A stretch of 64,000 bases of DNA from Eledone cirrhosa (taxonomy: Eukaryota), in the NCBI GenBank assembly GCA_964016885.1, contig OZ024742.1:55986001-56050000 (forward strand). The letters run 5' to 3'. Every line of letters starts with the position of its first letter. Position 1 is the stretch's first letter. The notes under the pieces were generated by a model. That model saw nothing but the letters and a program-made list of their open reading frames with translations. It made no database searches and was not told the origin of the DNA. Positions 12,090 through 27,000 of this stretch are shown here, one piece after another. The translations under genes and the position numbers were made by a program.

Positions 12090-13388
12090 TTGACTTGGAA
12101 GTAAATGAAGAAATAGAAAGGTAAAGAAACGGGACAAATTGGCGGGGGGAAGAGGATGTTCAGTCAGCCCTATATATGAAAACATATATGTGCGTCTATG
12201 TATATAGTATATATGCGTATGTATCGATTTTAGTATGTAATCCTCTGCACCTGTGTTTCTGTGTACTCAATCTTTCTAAAGGAAGATCTACAGATATTTC
12301 GATATTTTCTAAACAGTAAAGAACTGAAACAGCATTAATTTTTATGCTTATATTTCAAAGTGCATCGGTGTTGTTATTTTTAAATTTCTTGTTGCGTGAC
12401 ATGAATTTCACAAAGGATAGCAAAAGTGGATCTAATTGAAATTGAGAGTGAATTATTGCGTTAAAAATAAGTGTAAAGAACGTCACATTAACTATATAAA
12501 TATATGAATGGAAGATGTCTGTAATATTATATGAATGTTTAAAATTCAAGCTCACTTAAAATATTCGGTTATATCTTTATTTGTAGTAATGTGTATAAAA
12601 TATTTCTAGAGGAAAGAAGAATACAATCTCGTCATTACAAAATAGGAGTAACTAAAAGTTATAGCTACCTTAGTAAATAATTTAAGAAGAACTCATATAA
12701 CGGATTGTTTAAAAATACTTCTGAGATTTTATTCGGTACTGTCTGCATTTTCTCAGTTATCAGGTAAATATAAAATACAAATAGTATTTTTTCCTTTCCG
12801 GTTATACGATATTTTAGAATCAATACCAGCAAATAATCTCATGTTTTATGTTACTCACAAATAATGTACTGAATATTGTACTCGATATAACCTAAGTAAT
12901 AATGTTATATGAACTAAGACTATTAAATTTTTTGATAATATTTCGAAAAACATTCATATCTTTGAATATTGATATTCTGTCCTTTATTTAACTACCTTTC
13001 TAGGTAGAAAGGATTATAAAACACAACCATTGTGTCCATAGCAAGATATCCATTCTAATTGGACAGTATATGAACTAATGTCTTTTTCTGAATATAAAAC
13101 TAACGTTAATGTTGAATAGAAAGGAGATTACGTGTCTCTGCAGTTTGTGAATGGCAACGGATTTTCTTTTTATAGTTCTTGATATTTACCCACAAGACAT
13201 CAAAATTATTTCATAACTAGCATAACTTTATGCAGCCAAACATATTATAAGACATTATCTTTTCCTAGGAAAAAATATTTTAGTCAATATCATTGAAATA
13301 TCCACCTACATACATCTGCAATTTTGAGATACGTTTCAACATCTCTCTCTCGCTCTCTCTCTCTCCCTCTCTCTCTCTATCGCGCGCG

Positions 13389-13437
<49 letters not shown>

Positions 13438-13667
13438 TTTAAACATATCTACGGAACAGGTTTGATTTTGAAATTTAAATTTGTCTAAGTACCACGGCCA
13501 TTTGCCAATATCATTTGTTTTTATTGATTTATTATTTTAAATCGAGACAGGCAAACTGTATTATTATAATTAGTATTTTTCAATCTAGCTAACTTAGTCA
13601 TTTACAATTCAAACACTTATATGTTGGTATTTGTGTTTTATCATATATATTAATTTATATTAACTTG

Positions 13668-13767
<100 letters not shown>

Positions 13768-14209
13768 TGTGTGTGTGTGCGTGTGTGTGGGTGTGTGGGT
13801 GTGTGTGTGCATGGGTGTGTGTGTGTTTGAATAGAAGTAGGTGAGTGTGTGAGCGTTCAATATATATATATATATGAGCACTGAAAATTATAAGTTGATT
13901 CCGTGAATGTAATCGTGATAATGAGGTTAAGGATAAATTGTTTCTATTGCTGGATATAGTACTGTGTAATCCAACATTGGTGGCTTTTCCAAAGTCACGC
14001 AATCGAATAAATTTCAATTCTGTCCCAATATCTATTAATGTAGTTTATTTACATCTATATTTATTTAATCAATTTAATCATCCGTTTAAAGCTGGTGGAC
14101 CAATGCAGAGTGCGGAAGGTATCTAACACCACCTTATATATATATATATATATGACAGAAAATACAAGATCGATGTATATGTATATATATATACATCGAT
14201 CTTGTATTT

Positions 14210-14392
14210 GGTGGATTGGCAGTATCGGTCGAGGGTCGGATGCCATGCTTTGACACATAGAGTTACGACCCTTGCCATTCTGAGTTCAAATCCCGCCGAG
14301 GTTAACTTTGCCTTTCATCCTTACAGGGTCTATAAAATAAAGTACCAGTAATGCACTGGAATAATTGCTGGCCTTGTGCCAAAAGTAGAAAC

Positions 14393-14398
<6 letters not shown>
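14210..14398 (+). mobile_element. tRNA-derived SINE copy
   Basis: A-box-like TGGCAGTATCGG, B-box GAGTTCAAATCCC, conserved body CTTTGCCTTTCATCCTT..GGTC.ATAAAATAAAGTACCAG, ATT tail; six copies in the window. Confidence 0.9.
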
Positions 14399-14427
<29 letters not shown>

Positions 14428-14430
14428 AAC

Positions 14431-14470
<40 letters not shown>

Positions 14471-15113
14471 TTGTGTGTGTATGTTTGGTTCTGGGTATGA
14501 GTATTGGTGCGAGTGTGTGTCTCTGTGTGTGTCTGTGTGTGTGTGCGTCTGGTATGTGTTGATGTAGGCAGATAAATGGTTTAGAAAAGGAAATATAACG
14601 ATAGAGGCGCGCACATATCATATGCAAATAATGATTAAAACTGATAATATTTGTAGAAATATGCTTCAAAAAGAGTATAAAAACGTTGGTAGCAAACGAT
14701 GAGTATGAAGTTTAGATATATATCAAGTTGTTACGTTTATAAAGAAAAATATATATTTAGTTTCAAACTAACTGAGAGATATTTATCAGCACAGATGCAA
14801 AATGATGCACATATAATAAGATGCCCTATCGATAACATTAACAAGATAATACCAGATAATATGTACTTTGCCTTATTTTACCTTTATTTTTACTATGTAG
14901 GATATGAGTAGCATTGACATTTTATAATACAAACACAACCAAACGTATTTTAAAGTCAATGTCCCTGCTAAGGCTATAATTTACCTTGCAAAACCATAAT
15001 CGTCATGCAACATATTTGAGGTTAGTTTCTGCACTCGAAATACCTTCATGGCGCTCACATTTCTAGTCGTTCTTAATATTTATATATCTATATACATATA
15101 TACACAGCCACAG

Positions 15114-15730
<617 letters not shown>

Positions 15731-15814
15731 TTAATATACTTTAGGTGTGTCATGCTGCCAATTAAAATATGACCTGTTAGCTTTCACTACAATATACATA
15801 TGTATATGCATGTG

Positions 15815-15868
<54 letters not shown>

Positions 15869-15880
15869 CATCTTTAAAAA

Positions 15881-15954
<74 letters not shown>

Positions 15955-16399
15955 GGAGAGAGAGAGAGAGAGAGAGAGAGAGCGTGTGGAATTGGAAATA
16001 GCATGGAAAATATATTTAAAGGATCTGTTTTTCTTCTTTTGTCTTTGATCCGTCAAAATGACATTATTGACAAAAGTGAGAGGAACAATTAATTTTTAAA
16101 ATGGGAGTTTTATAATGTATATAAAATATATAAAATATAACCGATTTCAGTGTAATCCATCTCATCAAATGTCGAATATTACAATTAAAAGAATTAAAAA
16201 GCAGTCCATTGAGGGGTTTCCGAAAAACGAACTTACTACTAAATATTCAAGTCAGTGCCGATGTCCCGCGTGACGCATTAACTGCTCCTCGGTTAGCAAC
16301 AGTGCGAGAATGACAGCAACAGTGCGAGACTGGCTGGCGTTGGCGGTAATGCTTAATATTAAATGCAGAATGACTTCACCATATGTAACAATCTACCAT

Positions 16400-17290
16400 G
16401 ATTAAAGAAAACCTGTTTGGAGTTAATTATAATAATAAGGATTTAGATCGATAGCCAGTGATATCAACCACGTTATTTACAATTTGCTCAACAAATTCAT
16501 TTACAGAGCACACGCATATGATTAATTGTAAAACAACATTCCCAGCCACAAGCTTAAGCTATGAAAACAGTGTAATTATTGTATCGTCATATATATGCTT
16601 AATATTGCCACATGTGGTATTTTAAACCATTATATGATAGGCAGATCCAAGGGCGGTGGATTGGCAGTATCAGTAGAGGGTCGGACGCCATGCTTTCCAG
16701 CCTAGTTGCATCCCTTTACTATCTGAGTTCAAATCCCACCGATGTTGACTTTGCCTTTCATCCTTACGGGGTCGATAAAATAAAGTACCAGTAATGCACT
16801 GGATAATTGCTGGCCTTGTACCTAAAGTAGAAACAATTATATGATAGGCAGATTCTATGTCTTCCCTAACTTGTCACAGGTTTTTTATTTTGTTTTTGTT
16901 GTTACTTTTAAATTCGTTTTCACTGGCCTTTGTCAATAAACATTGTTCTCTGATATTAATGTCTGTGATCGTTAATAGTTTATATTCTGGAATAATCTTT
17001 AGAAGATATTTGTGTATGCACAAACGTTCTCTAATCAAGGTTTCTTTTTTGTTGTATGAAATAGTGCAGTGCACAAGCTCCTTGTTAAGAATGTTTGAAG
17101 TTTCGTCAGTTAAAATTTAGCAATAAAATCGAAATATCTTTAAATGTAATGTTTGTTTCTTCGCCAATTCTTAAATCACGTCGCTCATTAGAAAAAATGT
17201 TGGTAGACTTGAAAACTTTTAGTTATTTTATATACATTTTTTCCCTTTACTTTAAAGTATTTTATTGCATATTTGGGTGATAATTAGACT
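16400..17290 (-). mobile_element. Possible hAT transposase relic, interrupted by a SINE
   Basis: Weak motifs TDETSNILNKE, IRERL and LHCFHSLSL (compare DETTD..EQ and HC.AH.LNL); many stops. Confidence 0.35.
16650..16835 (+). mobile_element. tRNA-derived SINE with 18-bp TSD
   Basis: ATTATATGATAGGCAGAT at 16629-16646 and 16836-16853. Confidence 0.92.
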
Positions 17291-17721
17291 CAATACATAT
17301 TCGGTGCTGTTATAGGTTCGGTCATATGATCTGCTATTCTGTTCTTTACTTGCTAATTTATTTCCTGTATTCCACTTCACTTATTTGAAAACATAATCGT
17401 CACATAGAAATAAGAACAACGAACACAATTTGAAACATACACACATGCGCGCACACATATATACATCTATATGTGTTTATATATACATACATATATATAT
17501 TGTTATATTTTAGGAGGGTCATGTTGCCAATAAGAAACACACGGACCAGTTGCTTTCACTTCAATTTATTATAATAAATTTATAAATTTAGGAATTTATA
17601 AATTCCCGGTTGGTTGGTTGGTTCCACAACCAGATGGTTGTTTATATATTGTCAAAGTGCTTTCGTCAATAAATTCCTAAATTTATAAATTTATTATAAT
17701 AAATTGAAGTGAAAGAAACTG

Positions 17722-20700
17722 GTGCGTGTGTTTCTTATTGGCAACATGACCCTCCCAAAGTATAACAATATCGGTTTCAAAACACGTTTTCAGATAAAGA
17801 ATCATGCTAAACAAATTCAGAAACGAAATATCGTAAGCATTAGCCAGGCTAACAAGATACGGAAAACCACCATGTTCTGTTGTCTACGAAATACAATAAC
17901 ATCTCGACAACTACATTTCATAAAAGAATGTGCCTCGTCCCGAGTTTACACCAACACCATCAACACCGATGTAAGAAGATTACAGCTCACCAAAAAGCAA
18001 GCAGATAGGCTAAAACGAACATTAATTCTAAACATAAAAAAGAAGATTTATAGAGAATTAAGTCATCAAGAAAAACATAAGCGTAACCTAATACAAGAAA
18101 TAACTAAGATCACCACACGAAGAGAAAAACTAATATTTATAAACCTTATATGTCCTAAAGAACAGTACATTGTTCAAGAATGTGACAAGCACTTTAACAA
18201 GAAACTAAAGTGGCTTAAACAGATGAAATTAAATCAAGATACTTTAGAGAATATCAATAGATATCCCGACAAAATTGACGGTATAAATATGGCCGACATC
18301 TCATTAACAGATGAATTCAACAACAACAACACAAATATATACGGCAACACTACGGTCAACTCTGATGAATTATCTGTATTACAACTGCCGCCTAAGTATA
18401 CCACATATAACAAGGTAAATACGATTAAATGCTTGTCAGAAACAGAAAAATCATTTACAAAATTACGTTGGAGCCTCAAAATCAAAACCAAAAACAAAAA
18501 CAAAAGTAACAACATAGGCACACACACACACATATATAAGACACATCCCAACAACAAACAGACACACAGACACAAACAACAATAACAACAACACACACAT
18601 CAACAATAATAACATACTCAGAAACAACAACAACAGACACGCAGACACAAACAACAATGACAACACACACAACAATAATAACATACACGGAGACAACAAC
18701 AACAACACACACCAACAACAGCACACATCAACAACAACAACAAAAACAACAACACACACACATTCAATGCTTCTCACCACCACCACAATCTTAACAAACA
18801 CACAGACACAGAAAACTGGTAATGACAATAGCACATAAATAAGGGAAGGTAATAGGATTGAAAGAAGAAGGGAGACTATGGACAGAGAAAATAACCAACA
18901 CGAACACACAGACACACAAAATAGAGTAGATAATAACGATGAGCCAGAGGAAAGAGACAGGAGTAATAATGAGAGACATAGAAACAACCATGAGGCTGTT
19001 GGTGGAAATAGAAATAGAAACAACACAACTAACAATAAAAATAGCACTAGTACACATAAAGCAGCAGCCTGGAACTCTACTTTTTATAATCCCCCCGATA
19101 AGTCGTTCGACCTGCGACGATTCCACGCCACGACTTTAGCTTTTAACAAACGCACGCAATTGCCGTCTTAGGTCGATGAACAAACAGAAGCACAATTTAG
19201 TATAGCTAGATCTAAACTTAGAAATATTATAGAACAGTATAGCAAGAAGCATAATAGAATGGAGGCCCAGCAACTGGGAGAAAAATCTGCAAATTCCTTG
19301 CGTAAGCTCATGCAGCGCTCGCGTAATGGAGAGATAGCGTGATTTCCAACAGACAAGTCTGGCAGAATGTCAGTTGACAGTCTGCCAAACTACATGCAGG
19401 CAATGCAACCCCACATCACTAACACAAGAGCATGAGGATACAGAAAAGGCCCTCAATGCCCATATGATGATGTGGAAAAATATAATGCAGCCCAACAAAA
19501 GGACTGCCAACAACTTCCAGGCCTGGAACAATGACGTGCCAGCGTTGTATGGGCTTCGAAAAGACCATAAAACGAGCAGTGACCCTGTCACAGGACCACC
19601 AACACGGCCAGTCTGTGGAGCTAATATTGCTAGTAACTACAGACTGTCCTACCTCCTCTCCCTGATCATACGCCCCATCATTTAAATGTCCCCAGATGTA
19701 TGTGACAGGACGGAGAACCTCCTCAGCAGAATCGGTGAGAGTAACCGAACTAGGGACCTAACAAACTGCATAATAGGTAGTATGGATGTTGTGTCCCTGT
19801 ATCCATCTATTGACGTGGATTTTGCTGTGGAAAAATGCGTAGAAATGATCAGTGAGAGCAATGTTGAATTCCGTGGGATTGATACCAGTGAGCTGGGACT
19901 CCTACTTAAACTTACTTATAGTAATAATTATCTAGACACATATGACCATAGCAACCTGTGCCCTACAAGACCAGCAAGAGGCAGACCACCTACCATTACC
20001 TCAATGGCCAAGAAAACCCACACAAATAGATGGAACGGGTGGACCAGAGCCATACGGATCCCCGAAAACCACGATGAACTAAAGAAAATGATTGCACATG
20101 CGGTGGGGGCCAGCATAAAATTAACCCTTAAAGAACGTGTGTTCAAATTTAATGGAAAACATATGCCCAATAGGAGGGAGCAGCCATTGGTGTTAGCATT
20201 GCAGGCGACATAGCTAAGCTATTCATGGTATGTTGGGACAGTAGACTTAACTTAAACTTAAAGAACAATTAGAAGACCCCTTAACCCTCATAATGTACTC
20301 CCGCTACGTTGATGATATAAACATCGTAGTTAAAACACCCCCTCTAGATAACAGTCGGGAATTAGAGAAAAACACCACGGAAAGCATCCAGCAAATAGCT
20401 AACTCCATCCACCAGAGTATTAGAGTTACTATAGACTACCCAAGCAAACACCCCAACCATCGATTACCTGTACTAGACACAGAGCTCTGGTTAGATACCA
20501 TTAATAACAAAAAAACAAATCCTCCATTCCCATTATGCTAAACCCATGACTTCCAAATATCTGATCCACCGAAACTCAGCTGTTTCGGACCATACCAAAA
20601 TCAACATACTGATTGCGGATTTGGTACGGGTGATGAGAAATGTGTCCCGCATGTGCAACCCCGAAGAACTAGAGAGACACATACAACATTTCATCCACCG

Positions 20701-21430
20701 TATGCAGTTCTCTGGTTACAATCAGAGAGATAAAATCAGAGTGTATAGAGGAGCCAGAACCAAATGGGACAAAATGGTAAATAATGACACAAATGGGACC
20801 TGCCCCTTGTATAGGAGCAAATTTTGGAATAGAATAGAAAGAACTAGGAATAAAGCTAATCGAATAAACTCATGGTATGATAGCAATAAATACCAGAGTG
20901 TAATGTTCATCGATACAACACCTAGAGGTGAATTAGCTTACAAATTTAGAAGGGCCCTAAATAAACATAAACTCAATATTAAGATAGTAGAAAGACCAGG
21001 TACCTCCATAAAAAACACTTATTAGCAAGACATACCCTTTTCAAAGACATCCCTGTATAGATGAGAAATGTATAATCTGTAAATTAAGCCCCCATATTAA
21101 CTGTAAAACTAGAAATGTAGTATATATCATAAGATGTACTGAAGGACAATGTAGAGATAAAAATATAGTGTACATAGGTGAGACAGCTCGTAGTATAGGG
21201 GAACGGATAAATGAACACTGGCGAGACCTTCAAGATAGTAAAGAATCATCTGTACTCTAGCAACATGCTAAAATAGAACATAAGGGTAAATTAGAGAACA
21301 TAGAAATAAAAATAGAATCTACACACAGAAAAGACGCAATGTTTAGACAAATCATAGAGGCAATAAACATAGATGAATTACAACCAAAATTAAATAGAAA
21401 ACATGAGTGGAACAGCAACATCACAACTTA
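17722..21430 (+). pseudogene. PLE polyprotein (N-terminal domain, RT, GIY-YIG), disrupted
   Basis: FPTDKSG, LYGLRKDHK, RPVCGA, SMDVVSLYPSI, YSRYVDD, LPVLD, CKTRNVVYIIRC...YIGETARSIGERINEH; several stops and frameshifts. Confidence 0.92.
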
Positions 21431-21639
21431 CAATTAAGGACAAAATGAAAATACGCACGCACATAGAACAAACAACCAACCAGTAACATGTAAATAAACA
21501 AATAAATAAACGAATAGAAACACACACAGACACCCGGATGTAACACATGCGCAAACTCAGCACACAACACACACATAAAAACAAGATGGCGTAAGATAGG
21601 ACAAAGGAGAGGCACAAAAAACAAAGAAAAGAATGCCCA

Positions 21640-21682
21640 GTCACTGAAGAGGTCACAGAATGTGTGACGAAAGAACTTTGAC
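21640..21682 (+). ncRNA. Minimal hammerhead in PLE 3' terminal repeat
   Basis: GTCA-CTGAAGA-G GTCAC AGAATGT GTGAC-GAAAG-AA-CTT-TGAC; the inverted 5' copy has GAAAG-CA-CTT-TGAC (17651-17664). Confidence 0.7.
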
Positions 21683-21821
21683 AATATATAAACAACCATC
21701 TGGTACGGAAATAACCAACCAACCGGAAATTTATAAATTCCCAAATTTATAAATTAATTATAATAAATTGAAGTGAAAATACGTTTTCAGATAAAGAATC
21801 TTGCTAAGCAAATTCAGAAAC

Positions 21822-21894
<73 letters not shown>

Positions 21895-21933
21895 GGGGGG
21901 GTGCGTGTGTTTGTGTATGTGTGTGTATGCATC

Positions 21934-23249
21934 AATGGTCAATCAGTTAAGGGCTGAGATGATAAAAGAAATCGAAACTGAAGAGGGATATATATATTTC
22001 GGTGTTCTGGAGGCAGACGACATCAAGAAAAATAAAATGAAGGAAGTGATAAGATCTAGATACATAAGGAGAGTAAGGAACATACTAAAGTCATATTTAA
22101 ATAGTAGGAATGTCATAAGTGCAGTAAATTCCACAGCTTTGTCTGTTATTAGGTACAGTGCGGGAATTCTGAAATGGAATCTTACTGAACAAAAAGAAAT
22201 GGATAGATAGACGAGGAAGCTAATGACTACCTACAGCATGTTCCACAAGAGGAGTGATGTTGATAGACTGTACTTATAGAGATCTGAAGGTGGAAGAGGT
22301 CTCATCAGCATAGAGGACTGAGTTCAGAAAGCGAAAAGCAGTCTGCACAAATATGTGTCTGAGAGTAGGGAGCCAACGCTCAAATTTGTTTTGAAGGAGA
22401 ATACAATAGACCAGGGGATGTTCCAGGAGGAAATAAGAGGAGGAGCAGCCTTCGTTAAAAGACCCTTCATAACACCGTTAAGAAAACGCAATTCAGAGAT
22501 CCACAGACATGGAGCTGGTTTAAAAGAGTAGACCTTTAAAAAAGCTACAGAAGGAATGATAATGGTTGCACAAGAGCAAGCCCTCAGAACGGAGTGGGTG
22601 AAACACCATATTGACAAGGAGGCGGTTAGCTCACTGTGTAGGATATATGTGGAGAGATGGTGACTGTGGCTCACATCGTATCCGAGTGTAAACACCTAGC
22701 CCAGACTCACTTTTAAGGCTGGAGGCATGATACAATAGGAAAGGTGATTCACTGGCATTTATGCAAACTAAATAATTTACCACATTCTGAGAAGTGGTAT
22801 AGAAAAAGATCAAGTGTAGGTGCTGTGGGATTTCAGGATACAGACAGACAAGAAATTACAACACAATAGGCCTGAACTGGTGGTTTTTGACAAGGAAAAA
22901 TAATCGTGCCTGATTGTAAATGTAGCCTGCCCCTTTGACACAAGAGTGCAAGAAAATGAGAAGGAGAAAATTAACCTATACCAGGATTTAAAGTGGGTGT
23001 TAAAAAGGATTTGGAACTGTCAAGAGATCAAAGTCGTCCAGATTGTAATAGGAGCCCTGGGTACTATCTCAAAGAGTTTTCAAGGATGGTTAAAAAACAT
23101 TAGTCCAGCCCCGTTTTTGGAACACTTAAAAAGCCATGCTTGCTGGGAAGAAAAAGAATCCTTCGATACGTCATGAATATCTGAGGCTGCAGGTCGCGAC
23201 TTAATTTGAACAAACTTTACAGTTGAATAACGTCAGTGATTGAGGCTCA

Positions 23250-23301
<52 letters not shown>
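21934..23301 (+). mobile_element. R4/Dong-like RLE non-LTR retrotransposon, 5'-truncated, with (AAT)n at 3' end
   Basis: YFGVLE, RSEGGRGLISIED, AQEQALRT, CRIC..HIVSEC knuckle, WDFRIQTD..NRP, then (AAT)n at ~23250-23301. Confidence 0.88.
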
Positions 23302-23302
<1 letters not shown>

Positions 23303-23816
23303 GTAAACAATTTACCACATTCTGAGAAATGGTATGAGCATAGGCCAGAGGCGGTGATGGAGAACAATCAGGTGAAGGTGCTGTGGGATTTTAGGATACA
23401 AATGGACAAAAAACTGGAACACAGTAGACCTGACCTGGTGGTTGTGGACAAAGAAAAAAGATCGTGTCTGATTGTGGATGTGGCCTGCCCGTTCGACACG
23501 AGAGTGCAAGAGAAGGAGAGGGAGAAAATTAACCGATACCAGGACCTAAAGTGGGAGGTGAAAAGGATTTGGAACTGCCATGAAGTCAAAGTGATCCCGA
23601 TTGTCATAGGCGCACTGGGGACTATCTCCAAAAGTTTCCAGGGATGGTTAAAGAAAATCGGCCCCTTCACGCTTTTTGGAACGCTTCAAAAGGCATGCTT
23701 GCTTGGAACAGCAAGAACCCTCCGATACGTCCTGAATATCTGAGGCTGCAGGTAGTGGCTTGATATTCAATCCAACGGACTTTCCAGTTAACCAACATCA
23801 ATGACTGAGATTCAAG

Positions 23817-23847
<31 letters not shown>
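23303..23847 (+). mobile_element. R4/Dong-like 3' fragment (restriction-like endonuclease) with (AAT)n
   Basis: ORF 23354-23743: WDFRIQMD..RPDLVVVDK..IVDVACP..EKINRY..PIVIGALG; (AAT)10 at 23818-23847. Confidence 0.9.
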
Positions 23848-23848
<1 letters not shown>

Positions 23849-24093
23849 TTTTCTTTATTAACCACAATGGTTTACATAAAGTAGACATTAAGGACAGTAC
23901 AGGACAATACAGGACGGTACAAATGGGCATTTCTGCGTGTAAAAAAAAAACAGAGGATGAAATAAAATAACAAAGAAAAATTCCCCAATAGGGGTGAGGC
24001 TTCCGAGGGGCATTTGTGGAGAAAGCCCATTAAAAGACCACAGTGGCCCTGACCACCAGGGCAAGTGCCCTCTCCCAGTTTTCCACCTTTAAT

Positions 24094-27000
24094 TTACAGA
24101 CACATACTCAGAGAAGGCCCATTCATTCGGGCCATACTTGCTCCTCTCACCCATCTTTCAACAAAATGCTGGGAAGAGAGCACTTCCCTCTCTACCCTGA
24201 TTTTCCTTTTCAGATGAAATTTGAAAAAGTTAATCAGGGCATCACCGAAGAGGTAAGTGCTCGTCTTCAGCCCTTTCAAACGTGTCCACCATACTATCTC
24301 TTTCGCCATGGCCACCAGACAGATAAAAACTGCCTGCCCTTCCCGGCTAAAGGAAGAGGGAGCGGAAATCCTCACGATGGACTCAGCTGATAGCTGGATC
24401 CGTCCTACACGTGACAGCAGGTGTTCGACATAAACCCACAAGTCAGCAATGCTCGGACACTGAACGAGTGCGTGCAGGACGGTTTCGACGCCCTGTGCGC
24501 ATCTCGGACATGCCCGGCTGACGGCACCTCCATGCCTGTAAAGTTTATCCCGAACTGGCAAAGCACCCCGGTAGCACTGCCAGGCCAGGGATTTCTGGAA
24601 GTTGTCCATAGGCCCCGGTCCGAAAGTCCTTCCAAAGAGATTGGCTATTTGATTTTCGTCGACGCCTAGAGTTTCTCCAAGTACGTCGTCGCTCTTCCCC
24701 TCCACTAATCCCCTATAGAACGCCAAGTTGGAGTTTCCACCGATCACATTGCCCGATTGGTCGAGGGCTGTGAGCGCCTGAAGACATTCCAGTCTCCAAG
24801 CGCTCCCTCTCGGTCTTCGCTTGACCCAGGAGTGTAGATCCGTCAAGGAGACGAGCTGGGGAAAAACGTGTCTAGCAAACGGCGACCACACCTGATCACC
24901 GTCGAGGAAGAGGTGGAGATGTCGTAGCCTGAGCGCGTGTCTGCGCATCATCAGCCACGGCATGCCCAGCCCTCCACGTAGCGGGTGTTGACAGCAGATG
25001 GACCGCCTGACCATCGGAGCGCGTCCCTTCCACAATAAGCGAAAGAGCAAACGCTCCAGCGCAGTCAGGCGGGGCTTAGTACAAGGTACGACGGTCAGGC
25101 GGTAGTAGATGACGGATGCGATGTACGCATTCGCCACCTCCGCTCTACCTATCAGGGATAGCTTCCTCTCGGCCCATTTCTGCGTGAGAGAAGCCACCCT
25201 GCTCGTCACCTCGTCCCAGTTTTTGTCCGTCTGGAGGTCTGGACCGAACCAGACCCCTAGCAATTTAACCAGTCCGTCCGTCCAGCGCCCGACGACGCTG
25301 TTGGACGGCATGGACCTGCCTCTCCAGGTGCCGAGCTGCAGGCCCACTGACTTTTCCTGGTTTATCATTGCTCCTGTCACGCTTCGTATTCTCTTAGTGT
25401 AGTGCCGATCGCCTCGATGTGTTTGGCGTTCGACACCACTACGGTGACATCGTCGGCATATGCTGACACGGATCTTCCGCATCCTAGTTCGCGCGGGACC
25501 CCCCTCAACGTCTCCAGTTTGTGCAGTAATGGCTCAAGAGTCAATACGTACAATAGGGACGAGAGGGGTCATCCTTGGCGGACCGAGCGCATGATGTTGA
25601 ACGGTTCCGAAAGGTGACCGTTCACTCTCACCACAGAGCAGATGTCGCTGTGCATGGCAGCGATCCAGCCTCTGAAGACGGGCCCAAAGCCAGCCGCTCT
25701 CAGGACTGCCGCTAGGTAACGATGGTCGACCCTATCGAAGGCTTTCGACTGATCTAAATTGATCAAAGACCCACCCGTGCCAGGTTCCCTAGCTACCCTC
25801 TCTACGATGTATCGCATGAGGTGGAGGTTGTCGTGGATGGATCTGTCGGGAATGGCGCATGTCTGTGCCTCTCCCACCAGACCACCAACGGCAAGCGCCA
25901 ACCTCTTTGCTAGCACCTTGGCCAAAATCTTGAACTCTGTGTTTAGCAGAGTTATGGGCCTAAAATTATCTATGTTATCCCCCTTGTTCGGATCCTTTCT
26001 CAGCAGCGTTCACCGCTCCTCGGATCACAGAGCTGGGAATTCTCCCGTTCTGTTGCCAGTTGCAGTAGACGTCCGCCAAGAGGCCTCCGAACAAGTTTGG
26101 CAGTTGTACGTAAAGTTCATAGGGCAGACCATCCAAACCAGGCGATTTACCCCTTGTGCAACTAGTCATTGCCTCCCGTACTTCGGCGGTTGTTATCGGT
26201 TTTTCGCAACACTCCGCCTCAGTGGCCGAAAGCCGCGGTTGTCCGTCGAGGTAGACACTAAAGTCCATCCCTCGATCCGGCCCGCCACTGCTCCCGAACA
26301 GTTGAGCGAAGTGTCGCTGAAAAGCTTCACACATTTGCCCGGGATCGAGTAGCATGCGCCTGTCGTGGTCCACCAAAGACCGGATCGTGGCTTTGTTACC
26401 ACGACGCGCCTCCGCCACTCGGGCCCATTGAACGGCTTTCGTCCCCTCGTGTCTGAGAGCACGCACTCTAGCTCTGACAACGCAGCCTTCGTGCTTTGCA
26501 TTGAAGAATTGGTCAAGGGCCAATTTCGCCGCAAGTACGTCGGGCGCGATGCCTTTGCTAAGCGCCTCATCTAATTTTCTAACTAATTCTCCCTCTGCTC
26601 TATTTTTCTCTATTGCTAAAGTCTTACTAAATCTAATGGACTCTATTCTAATTGCTCTTTTCAGAGCAAACCACCACTTGTTGTTGACGATGGCCCCCGT
26701 CAACGCCCGCTTCACTAGTTCGCTAATCCGGTCTCTGTAGGCCTTGCGCGCTGGTAAGCACGCGTTTAGCTTCCAGTAGCCGGGTTCTCGTCTATGAAGC
26801 CTATCTAAGTCAAGCACACAGATCACGAATTTGTGGTCCGTGTAGCTGACTATCTTGAATTGTTGACAGCCTATGCTAGACCTATCTATTTCCCTACAAA
26901 ATACTCTATCTAGATATGATCTGGATGACCCTATGCGATTTGTCCAAGTCCACATTGGTACATTCGGGAAATCCAATCGGTACCTGTCAGACAGTTCAAA

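Larger units (their letters stand above)
17502..21823 (+). mobile_element. Near full-length Penelope-like element with inverted partial 5' terminal repeat and 3' direct repeat
   Basis: 17502-17668 is an inverted copy of terminal-repeat sequence; 21730-21823 repeats 17669-17826 with a deletion; RT and GIY-YIG lie between. Confidence 0.92.

Noticed and set aside
12745-12770. Possible 7-nt microexon (TTTTCTCAG|TTATCAG|GTAAAT)
   Set aside because: Such motifs arise by chance in AT-rich DNA; no supporting exons or expression data.
14210-14300. tRNA gene
   Set aside because: The A/B boxes belong to the SINE head; no complete cloverleaf.
19330-19360. In-frame TGA at a likely Cys position (EIA*FPTDKSG) as selenocysteine recoding, as in Naiad PLEs
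   Set aside because: The same ORF has TAG/TAA stops and frameshifts, the endonuclease is C-terminal, and I saw no SECIS; ordinary decay is simpler.
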